A stretch of 64,000 bases of DNA from a virus (taxonomy: Duplodnaviria; Caudoviricetes): positions 1 through 64,000 of the IMG/VR virus record IMGVR_UViG_3300032292_000698; one strand, given 5' to 3'. Below, one piece after another: positions 57,467 through 64,000 of the stretch. A program made the position numbers and the translations under genes. Each line of letters starts with the position of its first letter. Position 1 is the first letter of the stretch. Below the pieces are notes generated by a model. The model made no database searches. It saw only the letters and a list, made by a program, of their open reading frames with translations, and had not been told where the DNA came from.

Positions 57467-57604
57467 TTACTCTTCTTCATTCATCTCTTGCAACTTGTTC
57501 TTGTTGAACTTTGAAGGTTTACTCTTTCCTTCAAGCCTATTAAGCTTATTGTTACGCTTAGGACGCTTGAAGTTGTCATCGTTACGCCTATAAGTCTTAC
57601 CCAT
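57467..57604 (-). CDS. 45-aa basic microprotein missing from the ORF track (MGKTYRRNDDNFKRPKRNNKLNRLEGKSKPSKFNKNKLQEMNEEE)
   Basis: Translated by hand; fills the gap between same-strand genes. Confidence 0.6.
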   Translation of the reverse strand: MGKTYRRNDDNFKRPKRNNKLNRLEGKSKPSKFNKNKLQEMNEEE

Positions 57605-57628
57605 ACTCTATTGTCTTGTTAGTTGTTT

Positions 57629-57859
57629 TTACTTAGTACGACGAGAACGAGTACCAGCGAGGGTACGGCTCTTGTCAAGAACCTCACGAAGGGCACGAAT
57701 CTGACGACCGTTGAGATCCAATCGGGTCTTACCGACTTGGACAGTCAAACGGGTCGCACGATGAGCACCGTTGGTTGGTCCCGCAATATAAGTATTGATT
57801 GCGGAGGTCTTGCGTTGAACAAAATACGTCTTGCGACGTGAATCATTGATGATCTTCAT
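57629..57859 (-). CDS. Small, highly basic, putative nucleic-acid-binding protein
   Basis: 76 aa, Arg-rich, CGT/ACC-biased codons; upstream TTTACA-16-TATGAT promoter-like element. Confidence 0.65.
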   Translation of the reverse strand: MKIINDSRRKTYFVQRKTSAINTYIAGPTNGAHRATRLTVQVGKTRLDLNGRQIRALREVLDKSRTLAGTRSRRTK

Positions 57860-57951
57860 AACTTATTTTTATTTCTTTGTTTCTGTTAGTTTTTTTACTA
57901 ACGTGATATAATCATATCATACTTACTCTGTTTGTAAACCGAATTCTTTTT

Positions 57952-58878
57952 TTATTTGAACTCGTTTTGAAATTTTTCGATTGCGTAATCTTTGGCTTTA
58001 AACTCCATTTCCAGATCCAACGAACCATCGTAGTTACGATACTCAGCCGGAAACTCACGAACATAACCGCCATGTGACCGAGGATTCTTTTCGTTGGGGT
58101 CATTGTCACTAAAGTGAAACAGTGGCACAAAATTTGACCATGTACTAACAGCCATTTTCAAAGCTTCCTCAGCTGTTTGACGACCGGGATTGCAACGAAA
58201 ATGAAGATTGTCATAGGTGATAGGAATTCCAGTCTGTTGATACACGTGTTCATACAACTGTTCAACATTCCAACTGTTAGGCTTGTCTTCATTCTCCAAG
58301 ACCAGTCTACTCTTCACCGAGTCATCAAGATCGTTGTATACGTCAATAAAGCGTTTTGCAATATCCTTTAGATCAGCACCCTTGAAACAGTTCATGTGAA
58401 TGTTGATGGGAGCTTCATACGAACGTGGAAGTTGAAGATAATCCATCATTTTGCCGTGAGCATGAAGTTCGATGATCGACTTAGCCACAGTTTGAACGTT
58501 TGCACTAGCAGGTACAACAAATTGATCAGGGTGAGTGCTACAACGAATGTTGTTTTTCCGAATCACTTCAGCAGCAATATCAAACTCTTGTTTGATCAAA
58601 TTGAAGTTGTAGGTGTTTTCAATAACCAGATTAGCTTCTGGAAGAGTTTCCAACGGCATCATACCGCTGCTGACACGATAGTTCCACTTACGAGATGCAC
58701 AAAACTCAAGAGTCTTACGAGTTACAACCACGTTGTTGAGAGTACGATCAGCAACAATTCGTTCAGCATTGCTACGCTCCAACTGAAGAAACCGAGTTTT
58801 GGTCATGGTTGACGCTTGAATTCCTTGTTCTTGAAGTTGAAGAGAGATACAACACAGACTGTAACGATGTTTACGCAT
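57952..58878 (-). CDS. uvsE: UV-damage endonuclease
   Basis: YRVSSGMMP, RCSTHPDQFVV, INIH, RLVLENEDK, ITYDNLH, LFHFS, RSH, MEFKAKD. Start reassigned to ATG 58878. Confidence 0.93.
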   Translation of the reverse strand: MRKHRYSLCCISLQLQEQGIQASTMTKTRFLQLERSNAERIVADRTLNNVVVTRKTLEFCASRKWNYRVSSGMMPLETLPEANLVIENTYNFNLIKQEFDIAAEVIRKNNIRCSTHPDQFVVPASANVQTVAKSIIELHAHGKMMDYLQLPRSYEAPINIHMNCFKGADLKDIAKRFIDVYNDLDDSVKSRLVLENEDKPNSWNVEQLYEHVYQQTGIPITYDNLHFRCNPGRQTAEEALKMAVSTWSNFVPLFHFSDNDPNEKNPRSHGGYVREFPAEYRNYDGSLDLEMEFKAKDYAIEKFQNEFK

Positions 58879-58883
58879 AAAAA

Positions 58884-58913
58884 GACTGTACCATGTGGGT
58901 ACAGTCATGTAAA
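58884..58913 (-). promoter_or_regulatory. uvsE promoter overlapped by a 9-bp inverted repeat
   Basis: TTTACA-17nt-TACAGT; GACTGTACC-n5-GGTACAGTC at 58884-58906. Confidence 0.6.
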
Positions 58914-58921
58914 GACTTTTT

Positions 58922-59113
58922 TTAAGAAAATTTGGTCAACTCGCCACGTTTCCAACGATCACCATCGTACACATAAATGTAATTCTCACAAATGATAATC
59001 TGTCCAACAATTCCTGAAGTTATTGGTGTTGGTTCACACGCAACAGAATTATCTACAATCAATGTAGTAACTGTTGCTGTGCCTGCTATAGCTTCATCGT
59101 AAGTGGTTGGCAT
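58922..59113 (-). CDS. Stand-alone copy of the NYIYVY..WKR module
   Basis: Paralog of the C-terminus of 59116-59739. Confidence 0.7.
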   Translation of the reverse strand: MPTTYDEAIAGTATVTTLIVDNSVACEPTPITSGIVGQIIICENYIYVYDGDRWKRGELTKFS

Positions 59114-59115
59114 AA

Positions 59116-59739
59116 TCAGTAATATACAGAAAGTTCAGAACGTTTCCATTCAACTCCGTCGTAAATGTAAAGATAATTATCACACACTAACACTTGTCCA
59201 AAAGTACCTGCGCCCGTAGGAGGACATGGAGTTTCACTGTCAACAATTAGGGTTGTAACGGTTAACGTGCCAACTATAATGTCTCCCAAGTCGTATGGCG
59301 TTGGCGTTGGAGTTGGTGTTACATACGGAGTTGGAGTAGGAAAAATATATGTTACTATCGGAGTATTACATGGCAAAGCCGGTGTAATTTCACAAATTGT
59401 ACAAATTTCACTTTGTAAACCTCTGTTTTGCCACTTTGTACCGGGACTTTCGTCCATTTTAACCCAAGTAACATTTTTATTGATACCGCCACTCAAAGCT
59501 GGATTTGAACACAATCTTTGAATGCTGTTATTTACATAGTTGATTGTGGTAAATGAAGATTCATTCGGATATTTGTATGAAAATATATTACCACGTTTTT
59601 GTAAAATGGTTCCCACCGGTCCAGTAAACAGGCTATTTGGGGAATTATCTACATACGTTGACGAACTGTACAATTTCTGTACAGTTATCAATCGATCAAT
59701 AAATGTAGTAAAGCGGTTATATGAAATAAAGTCTAGCAC
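59116..59739 (-). CDS. Putative virion protein with Pro/Thr-rich linker and C-terminal NYLYIY..WKR module
   Basis: PTPTPYVTPTPTPTP; GTG start; TATTTATA at 59763-59770. Confidence 0.65.
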   Translation of the reverse strand: MLDFISYNRFTTFIDRLITVQKLYSSSTYVDNSPNSLFTGPVGTILQKRGNIFSYKYPNESSFTTINYVNNSIQRLCSNPALSGGINKNVTWVKMDESPGTKWQNRGLQSEICTICEITPALPCNTPIVTYIFPTPTPYVTPTPTPTPYDLGDIIVGTLTVTTLIVDSETPCPPTGAGTFGQVLVCDNYLYIYDGVEWKRSELSVYY

Positions 59740-59775
59740 AAATAGTCCTATTTATCGTGCTATATAAATATGATG

Positions 59776-60957
59776 TCACCGTCCAACTTCTTTAAAAAAG
59801 TGTTCTTTCGCCGTGACATACGACATATCAATCATGCTATTGTAGTACAAAACATCGTTTTTCAAATTGTTTTCACTCTTCAACTTCAAATATCTATCCT
59901 TGGCTTTGGGTCTCCACCAGTCTAAAATAGCCTTGGTATCGTCCTTAAACAATGGTTTCATCACCAATTTATCCTCAGAAATCTTGTTTTGCAAGAATTC
60001 CTTGGTATTTTCATAAAAACAACTGTAATAAACACCCCGTTCATACCCATGAACGTATTCTTGAGTCTTTAATTTCAATTCTTGAAAGATCATACTAATA
60101 ACTCTTTGTTTTGCACCAGTAACAGGACCAGAAATATTGTCCTTTTGAGTCATTTTCTTGTCGTATTCTCCCTTTTTGTGTTCCTTAATCCAGTCATGCC
60201 ATGCTTCATACACAATATCGTCTGGCTTAATAGGAATCTTACCAGCACTGGTTCCACACTTATGCCACCACTTCAAACTGTTATACATACTGTAACTACC
60301 ATAAAGACTTGTAGTAGTCATTCCTACCAAGGTTTGATCATACAGTTTCTTCCAAACATCACGTACTACTGATGATGTCACCAAACAAGCAACCAATTTT
60401 CCACCCAAAAAGTTAAATCCAAAGGGTTGCGTACTCATAATACAACTTCCGATTGCACTATGTACCAACTTACGATCATCCAACTTATTCTCAGCAGTCC
60501 ATCCTACGTACTTGTCTCGGTCATTGATCGTAATCACGTCACTTGATACAGAAACCGCTCCTAGGTACCGTGGGCGTTCTTCATTGCCATCTGTAATCAG
60601 AAACTTCAAAAACCTTCCCGGTGTCTGACTAAATTCCATGGTATGGCAAAACAACCGCAACATCAACCAATCCAATTCTTGTTGTTCGGTAGTTACATGA
60701 ACCATGGTAGGATTCATTTCATCCAACTGTTTCAATGTAAGAGCTTCATCATTAATATCCTTGGGTTTCCAAATTTTGCATTTTACGTCATCTGATCTAC
60801 TAGCGTAGCTCTGATATTGTTTGACTTCTTCCCACTTTTTATAGAATGTAGCTTCTTCCACACTCATGGACTTTAACGCATTCATGTTATCTATGAACTT
60901 CTTTTTTTCAAGTTCATAGTTAAACTCAATGCCTTCCATATCAAAAAAATTAGTCAT
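59776..60957 (-). CDS. DUF4338/Druantia DruA-like protein
   Basis: PGRFLKFLI, YLGAVSVSSDV..RD.YVGW, QPFGFNFLGGKLVA, TTTSLYG, G.SAG. Confidence 0.78.
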   Translation of the reverse strand: MTNFFDMEGIEFNYELEKKKFIDNMNALKSMSVEEATFYKKWEEVKQYQSYASRSDDVKCKIWKPKDINDEALTLKQLDEMNPTMVHVTTEQQELDWLMLRLFCHTMEFSQTPGRFLKFLITDGNEERPRYLGAVSVSSDVITINDRDKYVGWTAENKLDDRKLVHSAIGSCIMSTQPFGFNFLGGKLVACLVTSSVVRDVWKKLYDQTLVGMTTTSLYGSYSMYNSLKWWHKCGTSAGKIPIKPDDIVYEAWHDWIKEHKKGEYDKKMTQKDNISGPVTGAKQRVISMIFQELKLKTQEYVHGYERGVYYSCFYENTKEFLQNKISEDKLVMKPLFKDDTKAILDWWRPKAKDRYLKLKSENNLKNDVLYYNSMIDMSYVTAKEHFFKEVGR

Positions 60958-61223
60958 TCTGTTTTAGGTTTATTTCTCTCTAAGAAATCTACAGTACGAA
61001 TACGCTTAAAGTCAAACTTAATCGAATCAGACCTTATATCTATATTCTTTATTTCACAGTAAGTCAAAATACAATCCTTTGGCAGTTTTGTTACTGCTAA
61101 CTTAACTTCTCGTTCTTCACCAATAGAAAGAGGAGAGTCTAATTCTTTTAGACTCTCCCCATCGTACAAAAAGTACGCGTCACCCTTCGCCAATTGAAAA
61201 TAATAATAGTGCTTTCTCTTCAT
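60954..61223 (-). CDS. Hypothetical protein
   Basis: 89-aa ORF, ATGA-coupled to the DruA-like gene. Confidence 0.6.
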   Translation of the reverse strand: MKRKHYYYFQLAKGDAYFLYDGESLKELDSPLSIGEEREVKLAVTKLPKDCILTYCEIKNIDIRSDSIKFDFKRIRTVDFLERNKPKTE

Positions 61224-61277
61224 AGTATTGAGTTATTCACTCATATACATAGAACAGAAAACACTATCTTGGTTATT

Positions 61278-61694
61278 TTAAACAGTCTCAGGAACCTGTC
61301 CCTCAACCTTGGCAATCACCGGCTCTGACACTACAGACTCTTCAGTTTCAACCGTATTGGCTGCCACACTCACAACATTAACCATGTTGGGAATATTCTC
61401 ATCAACAATAACTCCAGCATTACGAGCTGCCTCAACGGTGGCTTGTGAAACAGGAGCATTGGCAAACACCAACTTGGGACGGCCCTTAACACCCTTGAGA
61501 GTACCCAACTTCACCACTTGCTTCTCTTCGATAGCGTTGGTAAGACGCACACGAAGCGTAATCAAAATAAAGTGTTGGTTGTGATCCCACAGACTGGGAA
61601 TGTTAGGATGGGACTCACAGGTCTCCATCGTGTAAAAACCAGTAGGCCAGTAAACGGTCAATCCGGTCTTGTTCTGTCGATTAGTCTTTTTCAT
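61278..61694 (-). CDS. Putative winged-helix DNA-binding protein
   Basis: ITLRVRL...VVKLG...GRPKLVF. Confidence 0.55.
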   Translation of the reverse strand: MKKTNRQNKTGLTVYWPTGFYTMETCESHPNIPSLWDHNQHFILITLRVRLTNAIEEKQVVKLGTLKGVKGRPKLVFANAPVSQATVEAARNAGVIVDENIPNMVNVVSVAANTVETEESVVSEPVIAKVEGQVPETV

Positions 61695-61720
61695 ATTTTA
61701 TATTATCCTTTCTTATTTGT

Positions 61721-63769
61721 TTAGATTTTACTTGTACTGCTCAAAAACATATCATTCAAAGTCTTAGCCACACTCACAATGTTGGTCACATCAATATAAC
61801 GAGCATCTTGACCATACATCGTTTTGAAATGTGGCTGTGACTGTGCATTTTCGTTTCGGTTTCCAATGTAATACGATAGAACGGTATATCCCTTCTTTCG
61901 GATTTCATTAACCTGTTTACGGGTATGATTCGCTCCATTCTGGTAACTGTAGTGAATGTATGCACCGTTCTTATGATAACTGTAGCAAGGTTCACCATCA
62001 GAAAAGTTCACAAAGTAACAATCCTCGTTTTCTTCCTTATCACGCAACATATCCATGATAGCTTCAAAACACAATCCCTCAGGAGTGCTTCCATTAGCAA
62101 CCAAATACGGAAACATATTACGAACCTTGGCAAATGAGTCTTTCGTAGAATCATACACCATAGCAATATACGGAAGTGAATTACCCCTACTAGTAGCACG
62201 AATACTCACACTCACTTTCAGATTGTTAATCATTGAAGCAGCCTTACAAATGGCGGTTGCAGCAGTAATAGTCTTTCGCCACTTATCACCAACCATACTA
62301 GAACTAGCATCAATACTGAGATGAAGATAAGCATGCTTGTATTGATCAACCTCGTTACGATAAAACACGTTCTCATTAGAGATACCAAGTTCAGCCAATA
62401 CACGTCGATCAATCTTACCCATTGACTTTCTCATGTACTTAGTAACATTCACTTCACTACGAACACTCAGACGTTTACCCAACAGATTGCCAAGTTGAAT
62501 ACCACGATTCACTGCGGCAAGAGTATCAGGATCAGGATTTCCGGCCAAATCAAAACGTGAACACGGAAACTGATCAGACATAAGAAGTTCCTTGGTAAGG
62601 TTCTTCACAACCACACACTCAACACCAGAAGTGATCGGAGAACTGTCGTCCATCTTGGTTCCAACATTGACAATCGTCACTCCAGCCTTTTCAAGATCAC
62701 CCAAAATCTTGGCTTCACGAGCAGTAACCTTACGTTTCTTGATTTGACCAAGAATAAACGCCTTTTGTTTGTTCAAAGCCTTATCAATCAAATTACGTTT
62801 GGATTTAGAAACGCCAGACTCTTCGTTTTTCTTTTTGGTAGTCTCTTCATTTGACTGTGCAGCACTAGAATTGCTACAGGTAGATTCAACACCACCGAAA
62901 ACGTTACTTGCACTGGAACCAGACACATCAGAACCACTATCAGAACCACTATCAGTGCCATCAACTATCACAATGATACTTGAACCAGATTGTTCTGAAC
63001 CAGCATTTTCTTCTTTCTGTTGATCTTGTGTGTCAACATTGGCATAAATGATCTTACACACTTCTACTGCCACGTCAAAACGATCTTTGGTAGTGGTAAG
63101 ACGACCAATATTCTTGAGATCAAGAACATTAGCAATATCACGAAAACCAGGCAAAGCATCCAGATCGGTGTTACGATTGACGATATTGATCAAACGAGCA
63201 TCATAAGATTGAATAGTCTTACTACGATACAGTTCGGACTTCAACATCGAATCAACGTGTTTACTGTGGAAATACTTTTCATACAGAGCCAGATAATATC
63301 CACGATAACCGGGAGCGGTTTGATAAACATAGTTATCAATAAACCGATCCTCGACAACGTTGTGAACATTCTTCAAGAATTCCACCACTTCCATCTTGGA
63401 AAATCCCTTGGGTCCAGCGATATCGTACAACTCACGGGGAACATTCTGCCAAATATCTGTGACAACACGGAAATCAGTCAAGGCAACATGTGATCCCTCA
63501 TGGAGGGCCAGACCCACCATCGTATCAAAATCTTCAGGATTCTCAATGTCAGCGGACAAATAGACCGTTTTACCATCGGTCATATTTGCATCAGCGTCGT
63601 TGTAAATAACAGGAATAGACTTTCCAGTAAGGATGTTAACAAAATTGGAAATAGCTCTCCGGGTCATATTCATACGAATAAGACGAGCAGTATCATCCTG
63701 ACTTTCAAACTCTTCAAAGTCGAAGTCATCCATCCAAAAATCAGAATGTATTGTAGAGTTGTTCTTCAT
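61721..63769 (-). CDS. Metallopeptidase-like + vWA domain protein (MoxR partner)
   Basis: TDGKTVYL, GLALHEGSH, NVVEDRFID; Ser-rich linker; MIDAS SIDASSSM, GSTPEG, NFSDGEP. Confidence 0.88.
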   Translation of the reverse strand: MKNNSTIHSDFWMDDFDFEEFESQDDTARLIRMNMTRRAISNFVNILTGKSIPVIYNDADANMTDGKTVYLSADIENPEDFDTMVGLALHEGSHVALTDFRVVTDIWQNVPRELYDIAGPKGFSKMEVVEFLKNVHNVVEDRFIDNYVYQTAPGYRGYYLALYEKYFHSKHVDSMLKSELYRSKTIQSYDARLINIVNRNTDLDALPGFRDIANVLDLKNIGRLTTTKDRFDVAVEVCKIIYANVDTQDQQKEENAGSEQSGSSIIVIVDGTDSGSDSGSDVSGSSASNVFGGVESTCSNSSAAQSNEETTKKKNEESGVSKSKRNLIDKALNKQKAFILGQIKKRKVTAREAKILGDLEKAGVTIVNVGTKMDDSSPITSGVECVVVKNLTKELLMSDQFPCSRFDLAGNPDPDTLAAVNRGIQLGNLLGKRLSVRSEVNVTKYMRKSMGKIDRRVLAELGISNENVFYRNEVDQYKHAYLHLSIDASSSMVGDKWRKTITAATAICKAASMINNLKVSVSIRATSRGNSLPYIAMVYDSTKDSFAKVRNMFPYLVANGSTPEGLCFEAIMDMLRDKEENEDCYFVNFSDGEPCYSYHKNGAYIHYSYQNGANHTRKQVNEIRKKGYTVLSYYIGNRNENAQSQPHFKTMYGQDARYIDVTNIVSVAKTLNDMFLSSTSKI

Positions 63770-63778
63770 AGTGTTAAC

Positions 63779-63807
63779 ATCCTACTGGATTGTTATAACT
63801 TTGTCAA
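63779..63807 (-). promoter_or_regulatory. Sigma70-type promoter
   Basis: TTGACA-17nt-TAGGAT, 9 nt before ATG 63769. Confidence 0.7.
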
Positions 63808-63816
63808 CCACTTTTT

Positions 63817-63999
63817 TTAGAAAGGCGGCTGAGTCTTCACAAACGGATCGTTCATCAACGGATCTTCAGTGGCTTCACTCGGAATATACTTTTGAACAAC
63901 CTGCTTAACGTAGGTACGTTCACTCTCAATGCCACCGTCGTTTGAAAACTCAGGATAAATGGCAGCTTCAGCAATCTCACGAAGACTGAATCCATCTTT
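63817..63999 (-). CDS. C-terminal end of a probable MoxR-type AAA+ ATPase (truncated by window edge)
   Basis: Hand translation KDGFSLREIAEAAIYPEFSNDGGIESERTYVKQVVQKYIP...PPF*; directly upstream of the vWA gene. Confidence 0.65.
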   Translation of the reverse strand, partial: KDGFSLREIAEAAIYPEFSNDGGIESERTYVKQVVQKYIPSEATEDPLMNDPFVKTQPPF

Positions 64000-64000
64000 G

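Noticed and set aside
57860-57950. tRNA or structured ncRNA in intergenic gaps (also 3070-3140 and 11571-11660)
   Set aside because: The gaps are short and AT-rich, with no cloverleaf or T-loop consensus seen.
58884-58906. E. coli-type LexA box
   Set aside because: The spacing is CTGT-N11-ACAG rather than N8.
62927-62955. 12-bp tandem repeat ATCAGAACCACT x2.4
   Set aside because: Ordinary slippage in a Ser/Gly/Asp linker, with no foreign insert.
1-64000. Many 60-160-aa ORFs antisense or out of frame within long genes (e.g. 13920-14393, 31480-31968, 34646-35119, 63020-63493)
   Set aside because: They are fully nested in genes with clear family motifs, show no recognisable motifs themselves, and are expected shadow ORFs.
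1-64000. Stop-codon reassignment as in some large phages
   Set aside because: Conserved genes are full length in code 11, coding density is high, and TAA, TGA and TAG all end genes.

Overview
This is a gene-dense, AT-rich segment of a large lytic dsDNA phage (T4-like/jumbo type) using the standard genetic code. I saw no rRNA, tRNA, integrase or multi-unit CRISPR array. It contains: (1) a T4-type replisome (family B DNA polymerase, sliding clamp, both clamp-loader subunits), plus an SF2 helicase, a Cas4/AddB-like Fe-S nuclease, UvsE, ThyA, dUTPase and a dNMP kinase; (2) auxiliary genes (IscU, ClpP-like protease, FecR-like protein, DruA/DUF4338-like protein, two Pol-beta-fold nucleotidyltransferases, a MoxR-AAA/vWA pair); (3) an unusually large glycosylation toolkit of about 20 predicted glycosyltransferases (GT4, GT2, GT6, GT7, GT11, GT31/Fringe-like, GT77-like, HtrL-like), two FkbM methyltransferases, Gmd, Glf, RmlA, RmlB, an NRS/ER-type reductase and an NDP-sugar C-methyltransferase; (4) a block of modular, probably virion-packaged proteins at 13.7-19.5 kb. 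The most striking signal is at 17995-18090, inside an ArdC-like/zincin gene: a perfect 30-bp direct repeat flanks a 36-bp insert, in frame, which is the geometry of one CRISPR repeat-spacer unit. Also notable are a conserved TATTTAT motif 4-8 nt before many start codons, a cleanly split GT4 gene, and a lipoprotein with unimolecular-spanin-like topology. Family calls come from motif recognition by eye; no database searches were run.
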